Positions 1-11,792 of a stretch of 64,000 nt of DNA are shown here, one piece after another. A program made the position numbers and the translations under genes. Source of the DNA: Leucoraja ocellata. Its lineage: Eukaryota. The notes beneath the pieces were generated by a model. It did not search any database and was not told where the DNA came from. It saw only the letters and a list, made by a program, of their open reading frames with translations. The stretch covers positions 310,001 to 374,000 of the forward strand of contig JAWMAR010001091.1 of assembly GCA_036785375.1 (NCBI GenBank). Direction: 5' to 3'. The first letter of the stretch is position 1. Each line of letters begins with the position of its first letter.

Positions 1-199
1 CCCGACAAAGCATCCTCCCTTGACGCCCATTGATTTTAATTTTACTAGTGCGCCTTGTCGCCATATACTGTTAAATTCTGCCGTGTTGTCAAGGGGGTGT
101 GACTCTGACTTCATTACTGGAGATTAGCTCTTGAGACTAAGGCTGGGGTGAGATCTGGGGTCACGTTGTCCTGGTGAAACACAAACTGAGTGCCGTAAC

Positions 200-830
200 A
201 GATTTGCCGAGCACTTGCGCTTGATCTGCCAAAGCCTACTGGATCCCCCATCTTAACGTTCCCATGCCGACCATTTTGTGCAGGGCCTCTTACTGCCAGA
301 GTGTGGCCACATTCAAACTGGAGGAACAGCACCTCGTATCCCACTTGAGTAGCTTGCAACCCAATGGTATGAGCTGAATTCTCTAATTTTAGGTAACATC
401 TCACCCCATTCTTTCTTGTCTCTTCCCTTCTCCCTGACCCTGATGCACAACAATTCTCCATTGATCTCACTTCCCCCCCCCCGTTCAATCCCTCCTTCCA
501 CCAATATCCCTCCCTCCAGTTTACATTTCACTGCTGTAGACATAATCCCAAACTTTCAGACCTCTTCCCTCCTTCTCAACACCTTTGTTGTGTTCTTTAG
601 CCCACTTTTGTCAGCCGTATGTCTCCTTTTTATCTCTTGCTTTTGTCCACCCATCTGATAATCAAAACCTTATACCCAACGATCACTTGTCCCACCCCCC
701 AGCTCTTTTCCAACTCTCCCTCCCCACCACACTCAGCCTGAAGAAGGGTCCTGACCCGAACAATTGCCTGTGCTTGACCTCCAAAGATGCTGCCTGACCC
801 AGTGTATTACTCCAGCACTTTGTGTTCTAC
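200..830 (+). mobile_element. Penelope-like retroelement 3' fragment: degenerate GIY-YIG endonuclease C-terminus, pyrimidine-rich 3' UTR and pLTR with hammerhead-like motif
   Basis: Frameshifted translation RFAEHLRLI...ATFKLEEQHLVSHLSSLQPNGM..EFSNFR resembles the PLE endonuclease end. CTGAAGA-AGGGT-CCTG-ACCC-GAA at 738-760 is followed by the same tail as the many short copies. Confidence 0.75.
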
Positions 831-960
831 CGTAACGGATTAGATACTTTCCAGCTCCAGAATGCAAAACTGGCTGGAAGAGGTATTGGCACCACTTCTG
901 AACACAGAACATTTCAGTTACATCAACCCTTGTACATAACACGATGGAATTCGTCTTTGA

Positions 961-1258
961 CTTTACTTTGATTTAGAGATAAGGCATAGGTAGAAACAGG
1001 CCCTTCGGCCCATGGGTCTGTGCCGACCAGCAGTCAGTAGTGGTATCTTATACACACTAGTGACCATTGATAATTTACAGAAGCCAATTAACCTACAAAT
1101 CTGTATGTCTTTGGAATGTGGGAGGAAAGCGGAGCACCCGGAGAAAACCCACAGGGAGAATGTACAAACTCCGTACAGACAGCACCAGTAGTCAGGAACG
1201 AACCCGGATCTCTGGTGCTGTGAGGCAGCAACTCTATCACTGTGCCACTGTGCTACCC
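961..1258 (-). mobile_element. tRNA-derived SINE (V-SINE/HE1-like)
   Basis: The reverse complement has a tRNA-like A/B-box head, a central ggtttcctcccacattccaaaga-type domain and the CR1-type tail gggccgaagggcctgtttc. Confidence 0.8.
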
Positions 1259-1679
1259 ATGCTCACGCTTAGGATTTGGGGTTATCTGCATTAGTATGGC
1301 GGTTATCGATTTATTGTTTGTTTATTTATTTGAGTGTATTGTGTTTATAGGCCTGTTATTCTGCTGCACCCAGTTTAAATATTTTACTGCCTACTATATC
1401 GAGTTTACAAACGGTTTTGTTCCCTCTCTATTCCTGAGAAGCGGAACATCATGCCAGGATTCTCAATGGCGCAATCACCAGTGCAATGGAAATGTTTAGC
1501 AACAATAAATTAATTGGGAAGATTATGGCAAATTGCACTCCGATCAAGTGCAGTTCAATTAACGTACTAGTAGAACCTTTGTGTCACATTCTTCTCTGAT
1601 TTCAGATTTCACTAAAGCTTGGTGTGACAACTGTACTAGAATATTTTCTCAAGCATGTGGTGAGGTGGCATGGTATGGG

Positions 1680-2015
1680 AGGCAAAGATAGGGTAGACAG
1701 TCAGAACTTATTTCCCAGGGTAAAAATGCCCAACGCTAGAGGGCATAGCTATAAGGCGAGAGGGGGGAAATTCAATGGAGATGTGCAGGCCAAGTACTTT
1801 TTTTATACAGTGTGGTGGGGGCGTGGAACACATTGCCAGTGGTGGTGGTGGGGTCAGATACAATAGTGACATTTAAGAGGCTTTTAGGTATATGGAAGGG
1901 AATAGAAAAACATGAATGATGTACAAGCAGATGAGATCAGTTTTACCTGGCATCATGTCCAGCACAAAGATTGTGGGCTGAAGGGCCTGTTCCTGATGCT
2001 TTACTGTTCCATGTG
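1680..2015 (+). mobile_element. CR1-type LINE 3' fragment
   Basis: Translates to DRVDSQNLFPRVKMPNARGHSYKARGGKF, a typical CR1 ORF2 end, with a gggctgaagggcctgtt tail. Confidence 0.8.
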
Positions 2016-2439
2016 TAATCCTTGCTCCTGGTTGCAGTGTCTGTCATCAATGTATGCCAAGGTTATTTGCATATTAAGGACACAAAGTGGATGTGGCAGC
2101 ATCTCTGGAGAACATGGATAGGTGACGTTTTGGGTCGGGACCTTCCTTAGTATTTGCACACAGTTGTTGATTCTTATTGGTTAAAATTCAAAAATATTAA
2201 ACAATTTGGTTACATGATAAACAAGAGCTTCCTTGCAGAAATCATTTATATTTGTTTAATTCAGGAGAAGGTCCAACTTAACTAATAATGATATAAAAGA
2301 TGGACTAGCCATTTAATATAAATTAGTTTCAAATTTGAGGATAATGAATTAGAAGCAAGACTGGATGTGTAGTATTTGGATGATTATCTGTAGGTATTCC
2401 TACTACTTAATCGTTTTTGTTAGTAGATCAAGTGCATTT

Positions 2440-3120
2440 GTGAAATGCTGCTGAGAGACCTGGGTGAGTAACGGTGGTGCATTTTTGTTGATTCACATCA
2501 CCGCTGCAATGAAGGAAGGAGTGAATGCTTTGTGTGGTGGATGGCGTACCAATCAAGTATGGACCATTCAAACAGATGGAATTGCTATCTAGTGATCCTG
2601 ACCTCTGGTCTTGGCTGTGTTGAGCTGTGTTGTCTGTGTTGAGCTAGCATATTTTCTCTGTGATTATGTGAGTTGCCTCCCACGTCTCAAAGACCTACAG
2701 GTTCGTAGGTTAATGGGCCTCTGTAATTTGCCCCAAGTGTGTAGGGAGTGGATGCAATATTGGGAAAACATAGAACAGAAATGATTGTTGTTCAGCGTGG
2801 GGAGGTGGACCTTAAGGCCTGTTTCCATGCTGTACCCCTTCGATAAAAAAACGACTATCCTGCTCTTTTAGCCTCGGTGTCCATTGCCTGTTCCAGTTAA
2901 TGTTTATGGTGAAAAATGAATCCCAGGGACTTGATAATGGTAGCGGCGTTAGACTGTTTCATGCTGGAGGAGGACTTGCCCCAGCACTTCAGAAGCATAG
3001 ACATTATGTACCACCATAGCCCATGCCTGAATGTTGTTTGGATCTTGTTTCATGCTTCACTTTGCAAGGAGTTGCAGCTTGACATAGATCAACATGATCA
3101 TTATGCAAATGTCCCCCACC
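2440..3120 (-). mobile_element. Old LINE reverse-transcriptase fragment interrupted by a partial SINE (about 2675-2830)
   Basis: Recalled resemblance to shark LINE sequence (gtgaatg..tgtggtggatgg.gt.ccaatcaag; cccagg.acttgataatgg; gcctgaatgttgt). Highly degenerate. Confidence 0.45.
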
Positions 3121-4264
3121 TCTAACCTAATAATTATAAAATCCATGTAACTGATTTAATTTTAATTTGCTGCATTTTTTGAATATCCTCTTCCAGCATT
3201 GGGAAATTGTAGTCGGTCAACTTCTCCGTTTTGTTTTTACCTTAAATGTTTATTAGTTTAAAATATGCCAAGTGTTGGCACATCAAACATATTTCATAGG
3301 AAGAAAACACTAAATAATAAGTGATTAAAGTTTACAGTAGCTGAGGAATTTTGGAGCCTCGGGCACCATGACCCCCCCGTGTGAGTCAGCCTAATTATTT
3401 TCCCCCTTATATACAACAAATGTTATTACTGACAAAAACAAAAGAATAGCACATTTAAAAATGGTTTAATCAATACAAAATAATACCTGACAATTGACTG
3501 CTTCTTGTTGCAATTTCTCTAAATGTTTTAAACTCTGAGTAAGTCTTTTTATCTTATTGTAAATTAGATGCCAGTGAAACAGCTGTAAAAATGCCTACTG
3601 TGGTTGAGTTTGAACTCTTGATGTGACAAACTCCATGTAAAGTTCCAATGTGGGTGTCAGACACACAACCTGCATCTTCCTTGTGACTGGTGCATTCAAA
3701 CGCATACAATTCTCAATGTTTGAAGTGATTTGGCAAATGGTAATGTGATACTATTCTATGTTTGAAATCATTTGAAGTTATTCCTAATGGAACACCCAGT
3801 GGGAGAGCATGCAAACTCCATAAAAACAGCACGCAGGCTCAGAGTCGAGGCAGCAAGCAGCTCCAGAACTGTGCCATCCGCAAACTTTCTGCCTTCATTT
3901 GCAGCTTTCTTTTTCTGAATCTGTGCTCAGTTTCTCTTCTGCCTGTCAAGTTAGATCAAACCTTCACCAACATGACGAACAAGCTTGCAATAGTATTGGT
4001 GCTAATCCCACTGAGAAGGCACCCCTCAACCTCCCCCCCCCCCCCTCCCCCCTTCATCTGACCCATTCAGATTCAATCTTCCCCAGAACTGAGCCCAGTG
4101 CCCCAAGAATTCGAACATTTAAAGGTAACTTCTCATTATATTAATTTCAGTATTTTGTTGATATATTCTATACACATAATTATGATTGGCGAAAATGCCT
4201 CTTATTTCAATGCTTTTTAATTAACGAACAGCTGTAACCTGGATTGAACATAGAACAGAACAGC

Positions 4265-4615
4265 GCAGATAGATAGAATGGACAGGGTTGAGGCACAGAG
4301 TATTTTTAGCCAGAGCAGGGGAATCAACCAACGAGCGGACATTGCTTTAAGGTGAAAGAGGAAAGATTTAATAGGAACCTGAGACAACTTTTTCGCACAG
4401 TGGGTACATGGCGGCTATATGGAATGAGCTGCCAGAGGGGGTAGTTGGGGCAGCTGCTATAACAACATTTAAAAGACATTTGGATTGGTATATGGATAGG
4501 AAATGTTTAAAGGGATGTGGGCCAAACATGGGCAGGTGAGACTAATGTAGCTGAGGTATCTTGGTTGGCATGTGCAAGTTGGGCCGAAGGGCCTGTTTCC
4601 ATGCTGTGTGACTCA
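4265..4615 (+). mobile_element. CR1-type LINE 3' fragment
   Basis: ggacattgctttaaggtgaaagagg...gggccgaagggcctgtttccatgctgtg. Similar fragments at about 14895-15000(+), 15040-15330(-), 18255-18560(+), 22735-22940(-), 28975-29225(-), 31625-31815(+), 56060-56380(-) and 56876-57100(+). Confidence 0.75.
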
Positions 4616-5824
4616 GTAACAAGCCCTTCCATCCACAATGTCAATGCCAAACGTGGTATCAAGATAAACTAATCTCATCTGCCTGTACCTTGGTAAGTTA
4701 TTTAAATATAATATTTTCATTCTTATGTGTTTTGAAACAAAATGTAACTGAAATTATATATAAAAATATAAACCTCCTTGATAAAGTAAATAGTGTAACC
4801 ACAAAGTGAATTATAATTTAAAGATGTATTTTTACATGAATAATATATTAGTTGCTTGGTTTAAAAAAAAAAATGCTATCCTGTGTAATTATTTTTCTTA
4901 CCTTCCGGGAGTACTACCAAAAATCACCTGTTCACTCTTCATGCCATTTGCTTATCAGAAACGTAGTGAAGCGCAACATCTGTGGCAGGCTCTTTGTTAG
5001 CTGAAATAAACTCTCTGCGAGATCACTATAACATTCAGGGTAAGAATAAAGCACTGTGTCCAGGTAGTTAGAATGCCTGTCATTAGCTTGTCTATTTGCT
5101 AGGCTTTTCATCTAAGTAAACTATTTAGATCCTTCTAATGGTAACCTGTCTGAATTCACCTGGGAGATAGGTACTTGTGTGACCATTTTGGCACAGAGCT
5201 TAAGACTGTTGCTTTGATGATGTATTTCAATGATGAACTGAGTCCCTTAACTTCAAATAACCGAACAAAGGTTGATTCAAACAGGAATATTATATAATGT
5301 CCTTAAATTATCAATATCTCTTTATATTCCTAATTAAAAAAAACTAAGCCAAGTGTAGAATTTGACATTTAATAATGTATTCTTACCAATGTAAATGGTT
5401 AGTATAGCCCTTTGATTTAAAACTGGATAAATTCCAAGGTCGGGTATCAAGCTTACTTTAAAGTAGACTGCACTTATTGGTATTCGTAGAGCTGTGCCAC
5501 GTTACTTGTTGTGTGGTGGAACTATAAAGGAATAAGATATCAAAGGAATAATACAAAAAACTATTCAATATTAAGTTTGATTTCGGTCATCATTTTGCAT
5601 TTTTAGTGGAAAGAATTACTAGCTATTAACAAAGAAAGTGGTTTATACCATATTAAAAATTAAGACATTTATTTTCATCTTCAGATGTGATCCTAATATT
5701 TCCATACCATCCCCCACTTAAAATCTTAGATAATTTTGACTTTATCAAAAATATGATAACACTCTGTGATAGTTCAGGGAAATAATTTTCAATTATAAAT
5801 TATCACAAAACTATTAACAGTTGA

Positions 5825-6210
5825 ATTGGTTTAGTAATGTCACGTGTACTGAGATGCAGTGAAAAGCTTTTGTTTGCACGCTGTCCAGTCAAATCTTACC
5901 ATTCATGAGTACAATCGAACTATACTGAAGTACAATCGGGTTGTACACAAATACTACAGAGAAATGCCAGAGTACAGAATATATATTTACAGCATTCTAG
6001 CATTGCACTTACAGAGAAAATGGCTAACGTCTGCAATGAGGTAGGTTGGAAGATTGGGAGTACACCCTAGCCTATGAAAGGGCCATACAGTGGTCGGATA
6101 ACAGAGGCGAAGAAGCTATTCCTGCATCTGGTGGTGCATGCATTAAAGCTTTTATACCTTCTAGTAACAGTAGAGTGGGAAAAGAGGGAATGGCCAAGGT
6201 GATAAAGGTG
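5825..6210 (-). mobile_element. Rex1/Babar-like LINE 3' fragment
   Basis: The reverse strand gives HLGHSLFFPL...RRYKSFNACTTRCRNSFF (frameshifted), like the Rex1 HPGHSLF..LPSGRRYRS...TTRLRNSFFP ending. Related 3' UTRs at about 24725-24925(-), 62478-62670(+) and 12955-13060(-). Confidence 0.65.
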
Positions 6211-6826
6211 TACGTAATGCTATAGCCGCACGGTACCCGTGAAGTTCTAATATGCTTTCATAATCTGTTTATCATTAACTACTGTCTTCACTACTTTGAC
6301 AATTAGGATTTGGCACATTACATGAAGATCAAATTCATCTAAGCTGGCAGATGAAGTGCTAAATCATTGCTTCCGCATTGAAATGTTTGGAAAATCATTG
6401 ACCTTAAGTTGCAGGATTTTGATCCATAATTCAGTTTGATTATGTGGTTTGATTTGGCAATCAATTTAGAATAATGTTCTTACCCTGGTCCAAACACTCA
6501 AAGTTGAACAATGCCATGAAAAAGCAGTGTTCCTTTGCTTTTGATTATTTGGCTGCAGAAACAAATCACACTTTAGGAGACAAAGTTTTAACACCTGACA
6601 CTGCAGAAAGATTTTAAGATATCTTGGAGATGTCGCGAAAAAGCACTACTTTTCATTGCATATCTTGTGAAAAATTGTGCATCTGTTATTCTCCACTTCT
6701 CTTCCCATTCCACCTTGCACCTGCCCCTAGAGTCAATTTCATCTGCAATCTCTTCATTCTGCGAATAACAAGAAAACGAGAAGGGGCCTGCGTTGAAGGA
6801 GCTCAGCCAGGGGTCTTGTAGAGGGC

Positions 6827-7031
6827 AAAACACAAAGTGCTGGAGAAACTCAGCGGGCCAGGCAGCATCTTGAGAGGGAATGGATAGAGACCCTTCAGGT
6901 TGGGACCTTCTTCAGTCTGACCTGAAACGTTGTCTATCTATTCCCACCAAACCTGCTGCCTGACCCATTGAGTTCCTCCAGCACTTAGTGTTTTAAGGAT
7001 GATTCCAACAACCGCAGTCTCTTGTGTCTCC
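6827..7031. mobile_element. Fold-back Penelope pLTR element
   Basis: Inverted arms (cacaaagtgctggagaaactcagcggg... / ...tgagttcctccagcacttagtg) joined at cttcagtctg. Flanking direct repeat cttgtagagg at 6815-6824 and 7034-7043. Confidence 0.75.
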
Positions 7032-8004
7032 GGCTTGTAGAGGACATTGGGCCTGGCACAGTACAGCCACAATACAGCAAGTTCTAATCTTGCATGGTGA
7101 CCGGACTCCACCAGCTCAGTCCTATATTGGAATAGAACCTAGGCCTAGCCTTTTGTGCTTCTGGATTTTGAATTGAACCCTTGACCTCTTGACTTGGAGG
7201 CGTGTGAGCTAGCAACAGTACTGCAGCTGATACCTGACAAGGTGACCTGATAATCTGCTGTATCCAGGCTCCCCACTCTCTGACTTACAACTAAAATACT
7301 TTTCAGTCTGTCAGCAGCCTTGTGTTTTTCCTGGAGAATGCCACTTGGATTTGCATTCAATGGATCATATCTTTAAATATCACGGAAGAAGCCATTTTCT
7401 TGCATAATGTCCGTTATAATAACTTGCTAATCTATTTTGCTTTTGAAATTATGTTGGGGAGAAAAAAAAGATTTGAAAAAGTTACAGCGCGGAGATAATT
7501 CTGCGGGAAAGAGTTATTTTGGTGTTTTTACTTTTGTAGAAACAGGTGGACCCAATAGGATAATTTATTTGGCTTGAAACTGACTTTAGATTCCAATGGC
7601 TTATGCTTGGAGCTGAAATTATCATTGCTGTCTGCAAGCGATTGTGGAGAAGTGATTCATGCTCCCGACATGTTCTAGAAACATACCGGGAGATGATTGT
7701 TTTGCTGTTGTGCCTGAAGGAGAATTCCTACAAAGTCATTAATTTATATCTAGGTCTGATGCTTCACTGCTTGTCATTTTTTAAACATTTGTGTTGGATT
7801 CTAGATGGACCAATAAAATGTTTTTGATTTAAGCAGTGCTGTTTTTTTGTAGACCAAATGTGCACGATTAATAAACCAGCCTGTCACATGGTGGGAAAAT
7901 TAAATAATGATGTTTCGTTTTCTGGAGGTGCCGCAGCGCCGTTCCAATGCAATACAAACACAAAACAAACGGAGAAATTGTGTAACAATTTGGAGCAGCA
8001 TCGA

Positions 8005-8290
8005 GGTGCAGCACAGCACCAGAGACCCGGGTTTGATCCTGTGTATGGGTGCTGTCTGTGCGGAGTTTGTACATCCTCCCTGTTACTACCTGGATTTTCT
8101 CCGGGTGCTCCGGTTTCCTCCCACATTCCAAAGACGTGCAAGTTTGTAGGTTAATTATCTTCTGTAAATTGCCCCCTGGTGTATAGGATGTGCAAGTGGG
8201 ATAATATAGAACATGGGTATGGGTGATTGATGGTCAGTGTGGGCTCAGTGGGCCAAAGTGCTTGTTTCCACACTGAATCTCTAAAACTAA
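8005..8290 (+). mobile_element. tRNA-derived SINE (V-SINE/HE1-like)
   Basis: cagcaccagagacccgggtttgatcc...ccggtttcctcccacattccaaagacg...tctctaaaactaa. Confidence 0.8.
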
Positions 8291-9769
8291 TATACAGAGT
8301 TCCTCTCTGTAGAGCGTCAATAATTCTGAGGTAATAATTTTGCGGCCCATTTTACTCTTAGCTTTAAGCATTCTTTAAACTTTTATCATTATTGTGTTAT
8401 GATAAAAGCTATAATCATCTAATGGATAATCTTGTATCCAATGACAGTAACTTTTAATGTCTGGTTCCATTACTCCATCGCTGAGTTTGGTTACATTTTC
8501 CTACAGTCGAAAGCCAATATGAACTCATCATCTTTGGTATCTGGAATCTTGTGGCTCTATTTTCAGCTCCACATGTGATCCATTATAGTTACAAAGAAGA
8601 TATTAATTATGATTTGCTGCAACTGTCCAAAGCCGAACACGGCTCCACAATGTTTATTAGTAACGAGGATAGACCAAAGGATTATTTTTATTTGGTTGCT
8701 ATGTGAATGGTCCTACCATGGCAACATATATTGTCTATTACCAGTTGGCCTAAGAGGGCATCTATTGGGCTTTTGAACTGTACCACAAGATGACTTGCTA
8801 TTTCACTTCAGAGTATCATGGTTTAACCATCGATGGTGTAAAACACAGCCATGTGCAGCTAGGTGAGATCAACATGGTAAATCAGTATCCTTGAAGGAAA
8901 TTGCAAAATGGATTGGCCGTTGTCATTGATGTTTTATTTATTATCTTGGTGCCATTCATAAATAGCCAGATTTATTGAAATTGATTTGCAAGTTGTCATG
9001 ATGGACTTTGGTATTAGTGCCTCTGGATTACTAATCCAATTTGTCAATCTGAACCCGCAGTCACACAATCACATTGCATTTCATCTTAAACATTAGCTTT
9101 CATCTTCACACATTTATTTTTGTATTATGTTGGCAACATTCTGATAGTTTGGGGTAATTCAGCAATCCTTTTGCCCACTCATCATTGTTCTGAATTTGCA
9201 CTTTAAATGTGGGCATTCCTGGTCAATAGTTTGGATTGGATGTTGTTTATCATGAATCTGACAATCTTGCGGTTCAGACAAATACCAGGTTCTATCATGC
9301 TCATGTATGCCAAATAATAGATTAGATTACCAATAATAAAAGTTGCCTTTGGAATGACAATGGCATTGCTAGTTTGTCTGGATTATTTAACGTGTATGCC
9401 CCCCAGTGGTCCTCCCATGTGAAATAAAACATTTTAAAACGCTGACCAAGTGCAGATGTTTTTTTTCATCTGTTATTTCTGGTCTCGACAACAAGAAATG
9501 GTGGCATACTTGGCTAGTGTTATAAACACCATAAATGCATCTCATGTCATAGTTCTAGAAGCGACAGTATGGCTTTGATTTGCATCAAATGAATCCTAAT
9601 TTTAAATATGTAGATTAAAGCCTATTTCGGATCATGCTTTGAAGATAGACATGTACAGGTTTCTTTTCAGCGTACATCCAGAAGGCATGTACAGGTACCA
9701 GCCTGTGGTGACAGGAATCTACAGAATGACCTGCTATGTTTATGTTAGATCTGAAACTCTTAATTTTAC

Positions 9770-10058
9770 CTTTAGTTTAGTTTAATTCCGAGATACAGCA
9801 TGGAAACAGGACCTTTGGCCCACCGATTCTGTGCTGACCGATTACCCACACACCAGTTCTATCCTACACACTAGGGACAATTTCCCAAAGACAATTAACC
9901 TACAAACCTGCACGTCTTTGGAATATGGGAGGAAACCGGAGAACCCGGAGAAAACCCACAAGGGCACAGGGAGAACGTACAAACTACGTACTGTCGGCAC
10001 CCATGGTCGGGATTGAACCCAGGCAGCAACTCTACTGCCGCACCACTGTGCCGCTGTA
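9770..10058 (-). mobile_element. tRNA-derived SINE
   Basis: Same family, with a (tttag)n tail at the left end. Confidence 0.8.
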
Positions 10059-10606
10059 CCTCCAGAAAACATATCCGGAAACATGCATATATGCTAAATT
10101 ATGAATTAGCCCTCTGCTGTTAATATACCCTCTTAATTCTGAATGTTGTTATAATCTGGTTCTGCAAACTGTTTTGGAGAATGGATCCCATGAGATAAAC
10201 CAGTGTGTTGTTGTTCAGACCATGGTGCTAGAGTCGAGGATGTCAATACTAACGGGCTATTTACTTTTTTAATTCAGATTATGAAAGATCAATACATTGA
10301 TTTATAAGTTCTATTAAATTCAGTGAGCTAAGATTTCCTCAGGCCAGACTTTGATGAACGTATTTGTGATTTATTTTTTTTCTCCCTACACTCTAAATTC
10401 ACCATGTACCTTGTTTCATCTCTACCTTCAAAAAAACCTCCTAATCTTCAACAATATCTTCAGATCCATTGTAATTCTGTTCCCATTTGTTATTTTCTTT
10501 TTCTCCACCCGAGGCTATATGTAGCAATCTGTGACACCTCGCGGGAACACCATAGAAATATAAGTCTTCTGATCTTTTCATTATATTATTGCTTTTGGCT
10601 TGGGAA

Positions 10607-10871
10607 GGACAGCAGAGGGGGGTGGGGAAGAGGAGCAGAGGGGGGTGGGGAAGAGGAGCAGTGGGGGAGGGGAGCAGAGGGGGTGGGGGAGGGGAGCAGA
10701 GGGGGTGGAGGAGAGGAGCAGAGGGGGGGGGAGAGGAGCAGAGGGGGGTGGGGGAGAGAAGGAGAGGGGGGTGGGGGAGAGAAGGAGAGGGGGGTGGGGG
10801 ACAGGAACAGAATGGGGTGGGGAAGAGGAGCAGGGGGGAGGGGGGGAGAGGAGCAGAGTGGGGTGGGAGAG
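10607..10871 (+). repeat. G/A-rich minisatellite, about 22-nt unit (gaggagcagaggggggtgggga), about 12 copies
   Basis: Visible tandem degenerate repeats. They explain the Gly/Glu/Pro-rich ORFs at 10404-10954. Confidence 0.9.
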
Positions 10872-11587
10872 ACAGAGTGAATTTATTTTTGAATGACCAA
10901 TTTAAAAAGTCATTCAGTAACTTGCTCTGCTTGCGTGACCTTGTCATTTCATGAGGGACAGGAGCAGTGATGGTACTGGCATGTCACCAAAGAGCGGTCA
11001 GTCTCCTCTCCACTATTTACGTTGAATAATTTAACTTCTTGATTGTTTCAAACAACATGGAACGTTCAAAAATCAAAGAATGCAGAAAGTCGGGTGCTTT
11101 AGTGAGGATGGATATCTTGGTGGTATCCTGCACCTTTACCTAAGCTACCGACATTTCCGTAGCAAGAGGACTATTTGTGAATGGTGCAGGAAATAAGGAA
11201 TGCAAAAGCAATTTCAAGTACCATTGTATATTTATTTATTCCCTTCAAGGATGACAATATACCATTTTGATCCCTTCTGGCTACACATGATTGTATTTTG
11301 CATTAGGTGTTTAAATAATGATACTCGGGGTGGAATAGCCAGTCATTTTGTTGTACAGTTTACAAGTCGTATGGATATCCTCTGAGGCCAACTGGTAATA
11401 GACGATAAATGTTGCCACATTAGGACCATCCAGATATCCAACGCTTTGGTCCATCCTTGTACAAGTAAGCAACTTAAAGTCTCGTTAGCCTTTGGACAGT
11501 TGGAGTATATCAAATTTTTGTTGTTGTCAATATAATGGTTGAATATCATGATGATTTATCAAATCTATACCCATGTCCCTGAGGAAT

Positions 11588-11792
11588 GTCTGAAGAAGGG
11601 TCCCAACTTGAAACGTCGGCTGTTCATGACCTCCAGAGATGCTGCCTGACCTGAGTCTGAAGAAGGGTCTCGACCCGAAACATCACCCATTCCTTCTCTC
11701 CAGAGATGCTGCCTGTCCCGCTGAGTTACTCCAGCTTTTTGTGTCTATGCTGCCTGGCCTGCCGAGTTACTCCAGCACTGTTTGTTTTACCC
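11588..11792 (+). mobile_element. Two nested, same-orientation Penelope pLTR elements
   Basis: CTGAAGA cores at 11590 and 11657. The inner copy is flanked by atgctgcctg(a/g)cctg. Confidence 0.75.

Noticed and set aside
114-488. 124-aa minus-strand ORF as a possible FGF7 exon
   Set aside because: No FGF motifs; it is largely the antisense of the Penelope endonuclease fragment. I found no FGF7 coding sequence in the window.
10404-10954. Long overlapping ORFs of 98-168 aa
   Set aside because: They result from the stop-free G-rich minisatellite and are low complexity in all frames.
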